A DNA stretch of 64,000 nucleotides, from NCBI GenBank assembly GCA_015665415.1, contig JADFAE010000012.1, forward strand, positions 56,584 to 120,583, written 5' to 3'. The position numbers and the translations under genes were made by a program. The notes beneath the pieces were generated by a model. The model searched no databases. It saw nothing but the letters and a program-made list of their open reading frames with translations, and was not told the DNA's origin. How positions within the stretch are numbered: position 1 is the first letter of the stretch; every line of letters begins with the position of its first letter. The stretch is from Roseobacter sp. Lineage in GTDB: Bacteria > Pseudomonadota > Alphaproteobacteria > Rhodobacterales > Rhodobacteraceae. Of this stretch, positions 39,995 through 50,892 are shown piece after piece.

Positions 39995-42276
39995 GTCAGA
40001 CCTGCTTTCACTGTATTCCGGGTCACCTGTGTCGCGCTGGCAGCGGCGGGAAGGCGAATAACGGCCATGGCACCACAATGCTGGTGCCCCTCAAACTTGG
40101 GTGCGTCCTCAAGCGAAAGCGCACCGCCATGCTCTTCAATAATCTTCTTCACAATCGGCAGCCCTAGCCCGGTCCCCTCGCTTCGGGTGGTTACATAGGG
40201 TTCGAACAACCGGGCCCGATCTTCGGGCAAACCGATGCCATTATCGGCAATCGTGATTTCGTAGCCGCCACCGGCCTGGGCGTACCGCAACGCAATACGG
40301 ATCTGCGCATCAACCGCGATGTCCGGGGATTTTCGCTGCAGGGTTTCGATGGCTTCGCCCGCATTCTTGATCAGATTGGTCAGGGCCTGGCCAATCATGG
40401 TGGCGTCCAGATCCGCCCAGAGCGGATCTTTTGGCAGATCGGCAGTGATTTTGACCTCTGGCTGCCCGGTTTGCTGCAGCATCACCGCATCTTTCAGCAG
40501 CTTGACCAGATCTTCTTCGCGCCGCTCGGGCTCGGGCATGCGGGCAAATTTGGAAAACTCGTCCACGATCCGGCGCAAGTCATTGGTTTGACGCACGATG
40601 ACATCGGTCATGGATTGCAACTGATCGCTGTTTTCCTCGCCCAATTTGGGCGCAAACTTGCGTTTGATCCGCTCTGCACTCAGCTGGATCGGAGTCAGCG
40701 GGTTCTTGATCTCATGGGCAATCCTACGCGCCACATCACCCCAGGCCGCCATGCGTTGCGCGCTGACCAGATCCGTCACATCATCAAAAGCCACCACATA
40801 GCCTTCGAGGTGGCCATCATTGCTGCGCCGTCGCGACATCCGCACCAACAGATTTTCCAGATGCCCCTGACGAGTCACCTTGATTTCCTCCTGCTCGGAT
40901 TCGCCACCGCTGGCGAGCAGGGTTTCAAACAAGGGCCCAAATTCCGGCACCGCGACGGCCAGCGCAAGGGATTGCTGATCCTCTTGCCAATCAAGCAGGC
41001 GCTCCGCCGATCGGTTCACAAAGGTCACCTTGCCCTGGTCATCCAATCCAACCACCCCGGAGGTCACCGAAGACAGAACCGAGTCGAACAGCCGACGCCG
41101 ACGTTCGATCTGATAGGTATTGTCCAGCAAAGTGCTGCGTTGGGCGCGCAGCTCATGGGTCATCTGGTTGAAATAATGGCCAAGTTGGGAAATCTCATCG
41201 CCGCCGTCTTCCTCGGGCACGCGCACGTTCAGATCGCCGCCACCTACTCTTTGGGCCGCCACGGTCAGCCGTCCGACCGGGCGCGACAGACGCTCTGCAA
41301 ACCAGATCCCCAGCCACATGGCGGCCAGGATCAGGATCAGAGCAAATCCGATATAGAGCAGGCCAAATTCAAACAGCACCCTGCCGCGCTCATTCTCCAG
41401 TTGCTGATACAACAGTGACGTCTCTTTGGTCTCATCCAGCAGGTTCAGCAGGTCCCCATCGACTTCACGACTGATATAGAGAAAGCGATCGACAAAGGCA
41501 TCAAGCCGCACCAAGGCGCGAAACTCGCTGTTGTCCCAGTCCTGAATGATGCTCATGCCGGTCTCATAGGCCTGGGCAATATCCTCGGCGCTGGGGCGTT
41601 CAAAGTCGAACTCGTAGGAGCGTTCGCCGCGGGCGCGGATTGTGCCGATTCCATCAATTACATAGGCCTCACGTAGGCCGCGCTGGATCTGCAACTGGCC
41701 CTGGGTCAGGACCTGACGAAGCTCAGCGTCGTTTATGAAGAAGCTGCGACTGCGGCTCTGGTCCAGGAACCGCGACAGCGCCAGCGCATCGGCTGAAATA
41801 TCGCGCCGCTGTTCCTCTTGATAGGCCTCGGCGGCAGCAAGCGAGCTGCCGATCACTTTGCTGACCCGTTGCGAAAACCACCCCTCAAGACCGACATTCA
41901 CCGTCAGCACCGCAAAAACCGCAACGATCACCGTCGGCACCAGAGCGAGAAATCCAAAGGCTCCGATCAGGCGCAAATGTAGGCGAGATCCCGCCGATTT
42001 GGAGCGGCGGGCCGCAAACAAACGCACGATCTGGGTCAGGACCAAGGCGGCAATGGCCATCACATAGACCATATCCGCGAGCAGAATCAGCCGCAGCGCC
42101 CGGGACGACGCCCCATGCCCAAGAGGGCCAAAAATCAAAAAGGTCAAAAGCGCCAGCAAGGGGCCAAGCACCACCATCCCAAGGGTGCCGATATTGCGGG
42201 CCTGTCGGGTTTTCCGCCAGCGGTCCAAAGCCATAAATGGCCCATAGCCGATCCAAAGATGTGACTTTTGCGTCAC
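39991..42276 (-). CDS. ntrY: Sensor histidine kinase NtrY
   Basis: TM-HAMP-PAS-HisKA (ARRIAHEIKNPLTPI), G-boxes (DNGIG, GTGLGL). Confidence 0.95.
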   Translation of the reverse strand: MTQKSHLWIGYGPFMALDRWRKTRQARNIGTLGMVVLGPLLALLTFLIFGPLGHGASSRALRLILLADMVYVMAIAALVLTQIVRLFAARRSKSAGSRLHLRLIGAFGFLALVPTVIVAVFAVLTVNVGLEGWFSQRVSKVIGSSLAAAEAYQEEQRRDISADALALSRFLDQSRSRSFFINDAELRQVLTQGQLQIQRGLREAYVIDGIGTIRARGERSYEFDFERPSAEDIAQAYETGMSIIQDWDNSEFRALVRLDAFVDRFLYISREVDGDLLNLLDETKETSLLYQQLENERGRVLFEFGLLYIGFALILILAAMWLGIWFAERLSRPVGRLTVAAQRVGGGDLNVRVPEEDGGDEISQLGHYFNQMTHELRAQRSTLLDNTYQIERRRRLFDSVLSSVTSGVVGLDDQGKVTFVNRSAERLLDWQEDQQSLALAVAVPEFGPLFETLLASGGESEQEEIKVTRQGHLENLLVRMSRRRSNDGHLEGYVVAFDDVTDLVSAQRMAAWGDVARRIAHEIKNPLTPIQLSAERIKRKFAPKLGEENSDQLQSMTDVIVRQTNDLRRIVDEFSKFARMPEPERREEDLVKLLKDAVMLQQTGQPEVKITADLPKDPLWADLDATMIGQALTNLIKNAGEAIETLQRKSPDIAVDAQIRIALRYAQAGGGYEITIADNGIGLPEDRARLFEPYVTTRSEGTGLGLPIVKKIIEEHGGALSLEDAPKFEGHQHCGAMAVIRLPAAASATQVTRNTVKAGLT

Positions 42277-42375
42277 GCAGCACCCTCATTCTGATGTGTG
42301 ACCACTCGGGCCAACCGCCATATCTCGTGGTCATTACCAATGCAAAACATTGAGCGCCACGGTTCTGTGGCGATA

Positions 42376-43743
42376 TTACATCAGTTTGCGGCGGCGTGTC
42401 ACCTCTATATCCAGATCGGTAATTTTCTTACGCAGAGTATTGCGGTTGATGCCCAACAGTTCTGCGCATTTGGCCTGATTTCCGCCCGTCGCAGATAGAG
42501 CAATTTCGATCAACGGGTTCTCGACTTCCCGCAAAATACGCGCATATAGCCCTGGCGGTGGCAGGATATCCCCATGCAGATCGAAATAGCGTTGCAGATG
42601 GCGCGCAACAGAATCCGCCAGTTTCTCATTTGCCCCCCCGCCGATCAGCGGGCCCGCTTCAGTCTGCGGCCCCAGTGCAGTGGCCACTTCTGAACTGGCG
42701 ATCTCTTCGCTGCGCGCCGTCAGCGCCAGACGCCGCACCAGGTTTTCCAGCTGGCGCACATTGCCCGGCCAGGCGCAGTGACGCATCAGATCGATGGCCT
42801 CGGGGCTGAAATTGTGATGTGGCGCACCGTCGTTCTCTGCCTTGATCAGAAAATGCTCGGACAACAAGACGATATCTTCGACCCGCTCGCGCAGGCTGGG
42901 AACGCCGATTTGGGTGCCTGAGATGCGGTAGAACAGGTCCTGGCGCAGTTCTCCGGCCTCCATTGCCGCCGCCGGGTCTTTTTGGCTGGTTGCAATGAAC
43001 CGGGGAGCATGATCGCCAGGTGTGTCCATGATCCGAACCAGCCGCGCCTGGGCCTCATCCGGAAGATCAACCAGCTCATCGATCAGCAGGCTGCCACCCT
43101 TGACCGCAGCCAACAGTCGGGATGGTCCCTCAAGCGCCATCAGATCGATTTCCGAGGCCGCCACAAAGGGCAAGGTGCGGCGATCTGAAAAATCATGCAC
43201 CGCGCGGGCGATCAGCGACTTCCCGGTGCCGCTTTCGCCTGTGATCATCAGCGGCATATCGGTGTTCATCACCCGCGCAATCAGACGATAGAGCGCCTGC
43301 ATCACCTCTGTCCGCCCTACCAGCGGCAAATCATCCGGCCTTTCCTTTTCAGCAACAACCGAACCGCTGGGAACCTTGCGGGTTTCAGTCATGGCGCGGG
43401 CGGTGCGCTTCATCAGCTCAGGAAGATCAAAGGGTTTGGGCAGATAATCATAGGCCTCGGCCTCTGTGGCCTTGATCGCCGTCATGATGGTGTTTTGCGC
43501 CGAAATCACGATGACCGGCAGACCTGGGCGATCTTTGGCAATTTTGGGCAACATCTCCAGACCGTTGCCATCCGGCATGACCACATCCGAGATCACCACA
43601 TCGCCTTTGCCTTCGGAGACCCAGCGCATCAGCGTTGTCAGCGAGGAGGTTGCATGCACCCGGCACCCAGCCCGGGTCAAAGCCTGGGTCAGAACGGTGC
43701 GAATAGTGCGATCATCATCGGCAACAAGAACGGTCCCATCCAT
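42376..43743 (-). CDS. ntrC: Nitrogen regulatory protein NtrC (lacks GAFTGA)
   Basis: DVVMPDG receiver, [29 protein letters not shown]; follows dusB-ntrB. Confidence 0.93.
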   Translation of the reverse strand: MDGTVLVADDDRTIRTVLTQALTRAGCRVHATSSLTTLMRWVSEGKGDVVISDVVMPDGNGLEMLPKIAKDRPGLPVIVISAQNTIMTAIKATEAEAYDYLPKPFDLPELMKRTARAMTETRKVPSGSVVAEKERPDDLPLVGRTEVMQALYRLIARVMNTDMPLMITGESGTGKSLIARAVHDFSDRRTLPFVAASEIDLMALEGPSRLLAAVKGGSLLIDELVDLPDEAQARLVRIMDTPGDHAPRFIATSQKDPAAAMEAGELRQDLFYRISGTQIGVPSLRERVEDIVLLSEHFLIKAENDGAPHHNFSPEAIDLMRHCAWPGNVRQLENLVRRLALTARSEEIASSEVATALGPQTEAGPLIGGGANEKLADSVARHLQRYFDLHGDILPPPGLYARILREVENPLIEIALSATGGNQAKCAELLGINRNTLRKKITDLDIEVTRRRKLM

Positions 43744-43746
43744 GGG

Positions 43747-44826
43747 TCAAACCTCCTGGGTTTTGGTATTATTTGGCGTCCGGGACAGCGACAATCGGAA
43801 CACAGTGTGCCCCGGTTTCGATTCCACTGAAATCCAGCCGTCATGATCGGCGATGATCTTGCTGACCAAGGCCAGGCCAAGTCCGGTGCCGTTTTCACGC
43901 CCCGACACAAAGGGGTCAAAGACATCGTCGCGTATGTCCTCTGGTAGGCCAGGACCATCGTCGATCACTTCGATTTGCAGGGGCAGAAGCTTGCCGGTTC
44001 CGTCACTACGTCGCAGCCGGAAGGAATGTTCATAATAGCTGCGGATGCGGATATTTCCGCCGGTGGTGCCCGCAGCCTCAGAGGCATTTTTCAACAGGTT
44101 CAAAACCACCTGCAGCAGCTGATCAGCATCGCCCCAGGCCAGCGGCAAGGAAGGGTCATAATCCTCGACGATGGTCATTCGGGACCCAAACCCCAGAAGG
44201 GCGGAGCGACGTGCGCGATCCAGAACATCATGCAGGTTGACCGGTTTGAAATCCGGGGCACTCAGGTTTCCGAACTGCTCCACCTGATCCAGCAATTTCA
44301 CGATCCGCCGACTTTCACTGACGATTAAATCCGTCAATTCAACATCTTCACCGGTCAGGCTCATGCTCAGAAGCTGGGCGGCACCGGTGATCCCCGCCAG
44401 CGGGTTCTTGATTTCATGCGCCAGCATCTCCGCCATGCCGATGGCCGATTGCGCCGCGGATTTTGCCGAATGGTTCTGCGTCATGCGCGAAGCCAATTCT
44501 CGCGGGGAGAGCAGCAAAAGCATCTGCCCAGCTTGCCCCTGGACCGGTGCGATCTGGACCCCGCATTGCAACGGGGCCCGCCCGCGTGACCCCACATCGA
44601 TATCATTGACAAACAGGGGCGTGCCCTGACGGCGCGCCTTCTCGAAAGACGCCTCAATCGGCGCATCAATGGCGATTTGCTCCCAGACCTGCTGCCCCAA
44701 AAGTGCGCGTTTGGAGGTGTTCAGGAACCCCTCCGCCGCGGAGTTCACATCGAGAATGCGATTGTCGGTTGCGATCAGAAAGGCGGGAACCGGCAAGGAG
44801 GCCCAAAGCGCATTATCCGGGATCAT
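43747..44826 (-). CDS. ntrB: Sensor kinase NtrB
   Basis: PAS domain plus MLAHEIKNPLAGI, NLLKNA, GTGLGL. Confidence 0.93.
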   Translation of the reverse strand: MIPDNALWASLPVPAFLIATDNRILDVNSAAEGFLNTSKRALLGQQVWEQIAIDAPIEASFEKARRQGTPLFVNDIDVGSRGRAPLQCGVQIAPVQGQAGQMLLLLSPRELASRMTQNHSAKSAAQSAIGMAEMLAHEIKNPLAGITGAAQLLSMSLTGEDVELTDLIVSESRRIVKLLDQVEQFGNLSAPDFKPVNLHDVLDRARRSALLGFGSRMTIVEDYDPSLPLAWGDADQLLQVVLNLLKNASEAAGTTGGNIRIRSYYEHSFRLRRSDGTGKLLPLQIEVIDDGPGLPEDIRDDVFDPFVSGRENGTGLGLALVSKIIADHDGWISVESKPGHTVFRLSLSRTPNNTKTQEV

Positions 44827-45809
44827 GGGGCCTCTCCCGCGTCAGATCTGGCTAGCGCATCCGGCAGCAAATTCAGCACCGCCTGCGGGGATTTCTCAGT
44901 GAGAACCAACCGGCGCAGCGGGGCCTCCGTTTGGGCCTCATCCATGTACCAGCCAAGATGCTTACGCGCGACCCGGATCCCCAGATCACCACCATAGAAC
45001 GCAAGCATCGCCTCGTAATGCTTTGATACCATGTCCAAAAGGTCCGATCCTTGCGGCACCTCCGGAGCCTTTGTGCCCCAGAGATCATGGGCAACCTGGG
45101 CCAGCAACCAGGGTTTGCCTTGTACCCCGCGCCCTATCATCACCCCATCCGCGCCAGAGCGGTCCAGCGCGTCGCGGGCGGTGGCCGTCCCCAGGATATC
45201 TCCATTCGCCAGCAGGGGCACAGTGACCGCCTGCTTTACCGCGCGAATGGCTGTCCAGTCGGCGCTGCCTTTATAAAACTGGCAGCGGGTTCGGCCATGG
45301 ATCGTGACCATCTGAACCCCGGCGCTTTCGGCCCGTGCCGCGACATCCGCTGCGTTGAGGCTGTTGTCATCCCAGCCCAACCGGGTCTTGAGCGTCACCG
45401 GCACATCCACCGCCTCCACCACGGCCTCGATCAAGGAGAGCGCGTGGTCCGGCGTCTTAAGCAGGGCTGATCCGGAATAGCCGTTGGTCACCTTCTTGGC
45501 CGGACAGCCCATGTTGATATCGATCACCCGGGCACCGCGATCCGCCACCTGACGGGCGGCCTCGGCCATCCAGATGGCGTCCCGTCCCGCCAATTGCACC
45601 GCTGTATTTTCCACATCCGCGCTCAGCTCGGCGCGTTCACGCACCCCCGGTTTGGCCTGTACCATCTCCTGGCTGGCGACCATCTCGCTCACCATCAGGC
45701 CCACCCCAAAAGAGCGCACCAGATCGCGAAACGGGCGATCGGTGATTCCAGCCATGGGTGCCAGGGCAATCGGCGGGGACAAAGAGGTGGTTCCGAGGGT
45801 GAAGGACAA
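44823..45809 (-). CDS. dusB: tRNA-dihydrouridine synthase B (NifR3)
   Basis: LAPMAG, DINMGCP, IHGRT, NGDI, MIGRG. Confidence 0.95.
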   Translation of the reverse strand: MSFTLGTTSLSPPIALAPMAGITDRPFRDLVRSFGVGLMVSEMVASQEMVQAKPGVRERAELSADVENTAVQLAGRDAIWMAEAARQVADRGARVIDINMGCPAKKVTNGYSGSALLKTPDHALSLIEAVVEAVDVPVTLKTRLGWDDNSLNAADVAARAESAGVQMVTIHGRTRCQFYKGSADWTAIRAVKQAVTVPLLANGDILGTATARDALDRSGADGVMIGRGVQGKPWLLAQVAHDLWGTKAPEVPQGSDLLDMVSKHYEAMLAFYGGDLGIRVARKHLGWYMDEAQTEAPLRRLVLTEKSPQAVLNLLPDALARSDAGEAP

Positions 45810-45810
45810 C

Positions 45811-45953
45811 TGCCTAATCCTTGTGCATGTGGTGCTTTTCTAACCGAAGTGCCTGCTATTGGACAATGAATGCGCCCTCCACAAGCACAGAAACGGCATT
45901 AGTTGCCTAATTTTTAAGCACGATGACGTGGGTGATTGCCACAGGAAGCAGCA
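45811..45953. promoter_or_regulatory. Four NtrC-type TGC-N11-GCA boxes in the dusB/ispDF divergent promoter
   Basis: 45811-45827 TGCCTAATCCTTGTGCA; 45871-45887 TGCGCCCTCCACAAGCA; 45904-45920 TGCCTAATTTTTAAGCA; 45937-45953 TGCCACAGGAAGCAGCA. Confidence 0.6.
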
Positions 45954-45990
45954 GAACATAAACAATCGGCACCATCTAAGGAGAGCTTTT

Positions 45991-47148
45991 ATGACCACTG
46001 CTGCCCTGATTGTTGCCGCCGGTCGCGGTGCCCGCGTAGGCGGCGGTGTGCCCAAGCAATGGCGTTCCCTGAAGGGCCGCCGGGTCATCGATTGGACGCT
46101 TGAGGCTTTTCTGCGCCAGGGGATTACCAATATCGCGCTGGTACTGTCACCAGAGGATCAGATGGCATGGGACAGCTTTGCCGAAGATTCGCGCCTGATC
46201 CTGACCGCTGGCGGGGCGGAACGCGCAGTCTCGGTGCAAAACGGATTGAAAGCCTTGCAAGGGCGCGGCGTCACCAAGGTTCTGATCCATGACGCGGCCC
46301 GCCCCTGCGTCAGCCCCGGATTGATCTCAGCGGTGCAAGAGGCCCTGGACCACCATCCTGCCGCCGCCCCTGCGCTTGCGGTGACGGATGCGCTGTGGAC
46401 AGGCTCCAATGGGGCGGGCAGCACAGGAACTGTGACCGGTACCCAGGACCGCAGCGGGCTGTTTGCCGCGCAGACGCCCCAGGGGTTTTGCTTTGACAGT
46501 ATCCTGGCGGCCCATGCCAGCCATCCGGGCGGTGCCGCAGATGACGTTGAAGTTGCCCGCCACGCAGGGCTAAAGGTTGCCATCGTCCCGGGAGATCCGG
46601 ACAATATCAAGATCACCAGGCCCGAGGATTTTGCCCGCGCCGAAAACATACTGAGGACCAAGACAGAGATGGATATCAGACTGGGCAATGGCTATGACGT
46701 GCATCGTTTCGGCCCCGGCGACAGCGTCATCCTGTGTGGCGTTGAAATCCCGCATGATCGCAGCCTGCAGGGGCATTCCGATGCAGATGTCGGCATGCAT
46801 GCGGTCACCGATGCAATCTACGGCGCTTTGGCGCAGGGGGATATCGGCCGCCACTTCCCACCCTCCGATCCACAGTGGAAAGGGGCTGCCAGCGAAATAT
46901 TCCTGGCCCATGCCGCGAACATGGCGCGTGAGATGGGGTTTGAGATCTCAAATGTCGATTGCACCCTGGTCTGCGAATACCCCAAGGTCGGCCCCCATGC
47001 CGCCGCAATGCAGGCAGAGATGGCCCGCATTCTGAACATCGACACCAGCCGAGTATCGATCAAGGCCACCACCTCAGAGCGGCTTGGCTTTACCGGCCGC
47101 AGCGAGGGCATTGCCTCTCTCGCCACCGCCGCATTGGTGAAATCATGA
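45991..47148 (+). CDS. ispDF: Bifunctional IspD/IspF
   Basis: AAGRGAR...PKQW, HDAARP, AQTPQ, KIT; then GYDVH, GHSDADV, DIGRHFP, KATTSE. Confidence 0.96.
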   Translation: MTTAALIVAAGRGARVGGGVPKQWRSLKGRRVIDWTLEAFLRQGITNIALVLSPEDQMAWDSFAEDSRLILTAGGAERAVSVQNGLKALQGRGVTKVLIHDAARPCVSPGLISAVQEALDHHPAAAPALAVTDALWTGSNGAGSTGTVTGTQDRSGLFAAQTPQGFCFDSILAAHASHPGGAADDVEVARHAGLKVAIVPGDPDNIKITRPEDFARAENILRTKTEMDIRLGNGYDVHRFGPGDSVILCGVEIPHDRSLQGHSDADVGMHAVTDAIYGALAQGDIGRHFPPSDPQWKGAASEIFLAHAANMAREMGFEISNVDCTLVCEYPKVGPHAAAMQAEMARILNIDTSRVSIKATTSERLGFTGRSEGIASLATAALVKS

Positions 47149-47642
47149 GACTGGCAGAGCTGACAGGTACATTCTTTGGTGCCGGATATCTCAAGCCCGC
47201 TCCGGGCACCTGGGGATCGTTGGCCGCCCTGCCCGTGGCCTATGTCTTGCACCAGCTGGGCGGCTTTCCCGCACTGGCCGTGGCCACCGTAGCGGTGACC
47301 GTTCTTGGCTATTGGGCCACGGCAGAGATGACCCGGGGCAAGGCGGACCATGATCCTTCGGAGATTGTCATCGACGAGGTTGCCGGCCAATGGCTGGCGC
47401 TTTGGGCGATCTCCTATCCGGCCTGGAGCCACGGTATCGCCATCTCGGCGCTCTGGCCCGGCTGGATCTCCGCCTTTGTGCTGTTCCGGCTGTTTGACAT
47501 CTGGAAGCCCGGACCGGTTGGCTGGGCCGATCGCAAGGCAGGCCCCATGGGGGTGATGCTGGATGACGTGATTGCCGGGGTTTTGGCGGCGTTGGGCACC
47601 ATGGCGCTTGCCGGATTCAGCCACGGGGTCTTGGGATTATGA
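47145..47642 (+). CDS. pgpA: Phosphatidylglycerophosphatase A
   Basis: [31 protein letters not shown]. Confidence 0.92.
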   Translation: MRLAELTGTFFGAGYLKPAPGTWGSLAALPVAYVLHQLGGFPALAVATVAVTVLGYWATAEMTRGKADHDPSEIVIDEVAGQWLALWAISYPAWSHGIAISALWPGWISAFVLFRLFDIWKPGPVGWADRKAGPMGVMLDDVIAGVLAALGTMALAGFSHGVLGL

Positions 47643-48130
47643 GTGGCGGGGGGCCTGATATCGGTGATCTCATCCAGCGCGCCAAGTCCCTGGGTGTCAC
47701 CATGGCCACCGCCGAAAGCTGCACAGGCGGAATGGTCGCCGCCGCGCTGACAGATCTGCCGGGATCTTCTGCGGTGCTGGATCGTGGTTATGTCACTTAT
47801 TCCAATGCAGCCAAGCAAGACATGCTGGGGGTCAAACCCGCCACCCTGGACAGATATGGTGCGGTCAGCGAAGAGGTCGCGCTGGAGATGGCGGCGGGTG
47901 CGCGTCAGCGTAGCGGGGCGACTGTGGCAGTCTCGATCACCGGCATTGCCGGCCCCGGCGGGTCCGAGTTCAAACCCGAGGGTCGGGTCTGTTTTGGCCT
48001 GTCCCGTGAGGGGGATGCGACCACAACAGAGACCATCGAGTTTGGCGCCTTGGGACGTGCAAAGGTGCGCCAGGCCAGCCGCGACCATGCGCTTTTGCTC
48101 CTTGCAGGGGCAATTTCACAAATGGAGTGA
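47639..48130 (+). CDS. cinA: CinA C-terminal / NMN amidohydrolase (PncC-like)
   Basis: AESCTGG, VTYSN, GAVS, ITGIAGPGG. Confidence 0.9.
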   Translation: MSGGGPDIGDLIQRAKSLGVTMATAESCTGGMVAAALTDLPGSSAVLDRGYVTYSNAAKQDMLGVKPATLDRYGAVSEEVALEMAAGARQRSGATVAVSITGIAGPGGSEFKPEGRVCFGLSREGDATTTETIEFGALGRAKVRQASRDHALLLLAGAISQME

Positions 48131-48155
48131 TAATTGAGCAGCGCCACCTCTGGGG

Positions 48156-48199
48156 TGCTCAATAATTCAGCACTTCCACAAAAGCCCATGTTTTTGGCG
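48156..48199. promoter_or_regulatory. NtrC-type box(es) upstream of amtB
   Basis: 48156-48172 TGCTCAATAATTCAGCA (flanked by G and C, palindromic); weaker GC-N11-GC at 48184-48198. Confidence 0.6.
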
Positions 48200-48284
48200 C
48201 TTTTGCACCACATGGCGCTTTTTTCCCCATTCCAGATCGGGTCATTGATCCCCCAACCACGCAGGCGGGATGGAGGATAACCCC

Positions 48285-49466
48285 ATGAATGGAGCTGATA
48301 CAGCTTGGATCATTGTCGCGACGGCCCTGGTGCTGTTCATGACCTTACCGGGGCTTGCCCTGTTCTACGGCGGCCTTGTGCGGGCCCGAAACGTGCTCAG
48401 CGTCTTTATGCAGTGCTATGCAATTGCCTGTTTGATGAGCATTCTGTGGCTGGCCTTTGGCTACAGCATCGCCTTTGGCCCGGCCGAAGGCGGCTATTGG
48501 GGCGGCTTGGACAAGATGTTCCTTAATGGGGTGACCGCTGACAGCCTGTCCGGCACCCTGCCGGAAGTGCTGTTCTTTGCCTTCCAGATGACCTTTGCCA
48601 TCATCACGCCAGCGCTGATCGTCGGCGCCTATGTGGAGCGTGTGGGATTCGCCTTTGTGCTGACCTTTTCCGGGCTTTGGATGCTGCTTTGCTATGCGCC
48701 GGTGGTGCATTGGATCTGGGGCGGCGGCATGATGTCGGATGGCGGCATCTTTGGCGCGGTTGGCGTCAAGGATTTTGCCGGCGGCATCGTGGTTCATGAG
48801 ACCGCTGGCCTGGCAGCCCTGATCATCGCCGTCTTTCTGGGCCCACGCAAGAACCGCACCACCCCGCCCCACAATCCTGGCTATGTGGTCATTGGTGCCG
48901 CCATGCTGTGGGTCGGCTGGTTTGGCTTCAACGGTGGCTCGCAGCTGGCCGCAGATGGTGGTGCGGCGATGGCGCTGACCGTAACCCATATCTCTGCCGC
49001 GGCGGCATCGCTCAGCTGGGCATTCTGGGAAAAAGTCAAATACGGCAAGGCCTCGGTTGTTGGTCTGGTCACAGGCACCATTGCCGGTCTCGCCTCGATC
49101 ACGCCAGCCAGTGGATTTGTTGGCCCCGTTGAGGCGCTGATCATCGGCGGCGTCGCTGGCATCCTGTGCCAGGAAGTGGTGAACCTCGTGCGCAACAAAC
49201 TGCGGATCGACGACACCCTGGATGTCTTTGCGGTGCACGGTGTTGGCGGTATCTTTGGCACCATCATGATTGCAGTCTTTGGCGCTGGCAGCTGGTTTGC
49301 CCAGCTTGGCGCTCTGGCCGTGGTCGGCGTCTTTACCACCGTGGTCACCATTGCCCTGATCAAAATCGTTGGTGCCTTCACATCCTTGCGGGTGGATCTT
49401 GAAACCGAAACCAATGGTCTCGATATCTCAGTACATGGCGAACGCGCCTACGATATGACCAGCTAA
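48285..49466 (+). CDS. amtB: Ammonium transporter (solitary, no adjacent glnK)
   Basis: MTLPGLALFYGG, FQMTFA, DFAGGIVVH, WVGWFGFNGGS, FAVHG, GLD..HGE.AY tail. Confidence 0.95.
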   Translation: MNGADTAWIIVATALVLFMTLPGLALFYGGLVRARNVLSVFMQCYAIACLMSILWLAFGYSIAFGPAEGGYWGGLDKMFLNGVTADSLSGTLPEVLFFAFQMTFAIITPALIVGAYVERVGFAFVLTFSGLWMLLCYAPVVHWIWGGGMMSDGGIFGAVGVKDFAGGIVVHETAGLAALIIAVFLGPRKNRTTPPHNPGYVVIGAAMLWVGWFGFNGGSQLAADGGAAMALTVTHISAAAASLSWAFWEKVKYGKASVVGLVTGTIAGLASITPASGFVGPVEALIIGGVAGILCQEVVNLVRNKLRIDDTLDVFAVHGVGGIFGTIMIAVFGAGSWFAQLGALAVVGVFTTVVTIALIKIVGAFTSLRVDLETETNGLDISVHGERAYDMTS

Positions 49467-49552
49467 GGGAAGGCCCGTTTCAGGGCCGTCCCAAACAGAT
49501 GCCACCACTCAAGGCATGGATGCCACCGCGCATCAGCCGGGCTCTCCTCATT

Positions 49553-50866
49553 TCAGGAGAGCCCGTTTTCTTTGTCCAGAAGGGAGAATACTTCTGTTGT
49601 CGGTCCGCCCACCTTGAGTATGGCCCGGACCTGCGCCTGCAAATCCTCTCCCATCAGCCCAGCAGCCTTGGCGCAAACGCGCCCTTCCCGATCAGAGAGA
49701 TCCAGCGGGCTTTGCAGGTCGTGCTGCGCCTCAAACCGCTGGCCATCGCGCCGCAACAGGCTGACATGGGCGGTGGTCTCGCTCAGGCTGTCATCTGCCT
49801 CCACATGGATACGCTCGCGCAGGGCGCGCAGCTTAGTATTGGCACAGGTTCGATCGGAGTAGCTGTCCAGCCGGGCGGTATCGATGCCAAGCGCCTGCAT
49901 CGCCAAAACCGTGCGATAGGAAAACTTGGCCCCCAGCCCACTCTCCGGTGCCAGCTGATTGCAGACCGTCATCCAGCGCGGATGGGTGCGAACCGTCAGG
50001 CTGGCCACCTCAGGCTCTGCCAGATCAAGGCTGCGCGCGGCCTCCAAGGCGGCGTGCAATCCATGACAACAGGCGTGGAATTTATGGCTGATATTCTCAA
50101 ACAGCCAGTCCTGCCCCAACCCGGCCAGCGCAGTGTTGGCATTGCCTTCGCCGTGATGGGTGGAACCAAACCCCTGCGGCCCATCAAAGCCTTGTGCATT
50201 GGCCTCAAAGCCGGCGGCGATCAACTCTGCCACTTCAACCCCGGCTCCTGCAGCCAGGCCGGCGTTATAGGGCTTTCCCATGGTGCCAAACTGCGCCTTC
50301 AGACCTGCGGCCTGGGTCGCAACAAGCCCCAAAGCCATCTCCATTTGAGGCCTGTCCAACCCCATTAGACGCCCCGCAGCCGCCACCGCACCAAAAGCAC
50401 CCGCTGTTGCGGTTTGATGAAAGCCGGTCTGATAGTGATCACGCCCCAACCACAGCCCGACCCGGACCGACAGCTCCATCCCCACCAAGGCTGCTTCCAG
50501 AACCTCAGGCAAGGCTCTTTCCAGTTTCTGGCCGCTGGCAAAGGCGGCTGACAGCACGGCGACCGAAGGGTGGCCGATATGGGCAAAATGCGTGTCGTCA
50601 TAGTCAAGCGCATGCGAGATCGTGCCATTGACCTTGGCCACAACCCGCGCCGGAGCAGCTCCTCCCCCAAATAGATGAGCCCGCGGGGCTCCGCCCTCTG
50701 TCAGGGCCTGCTGGCGCAGGATCACGGAGACGGGTTCGTCGACACCGGCAAAACCGCAGGCCAGCCAATCCAGAGCGGAAAGCTCTGCGAGATCGCGCGC
50801 CAGTGCGGTGGGTTGCACATTAGATGTGGCGAACTCTGCCAGGTCGGATCTGAAGCTATTGGTCAC
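49553..50866 (-). CDS. MmgE/PrpD family protein
   Basis: HALDYDDTH, GHPS, GFHQT, KFHACC. Confidence 0.88.
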   Translation of the reverse strand: MTNSFRSDLAEFATSNVQPTALARDLAELSALDWLACGFAGVDEPVSVILRQQALTEGGAPRAHLFGGGAAPARVVAKVNGTISHALDYDDTHFAHIGHPSVAVLSAAFASGQKLERALPEVLEAALVGMELSVRVGLWLGRDHYQTGFHQTATAGAFGAVAAAGRLMGLDRPQMEMALGLVATQAAGLKAQFGTMGKPYNAGLAAGAGVEVAELIAAGFEANAQGFDGPQGFGSTHHGEGNANTALAGLGQDWLFENISHKFHACCHGLHAALEAARSLDLAEPEVASLTVRTHPRWMTVCNQLAPESGLGAKFSYRTVLAMQALGIDTARLDSYSDRTCANTKLRALRERIHVEADDSLSETTAHVSLLRRDGQRFEAQHDLQSPLDLSDREGRVCAKAAGLMGEDLQAQVRAILKVGGPTTEVFSLLDKENGLS

Positions 50867-50892
50867 TGTCGCGGGCCTCCCTTGCGGGCAGG

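Noticed and set aside
48195-48210. TGGCGC...TTGC resembling a sigma54 -24/-12 promoter before amtB
   Set aside because: The GG-to-GC spacing is shorter than the required 10 nt.
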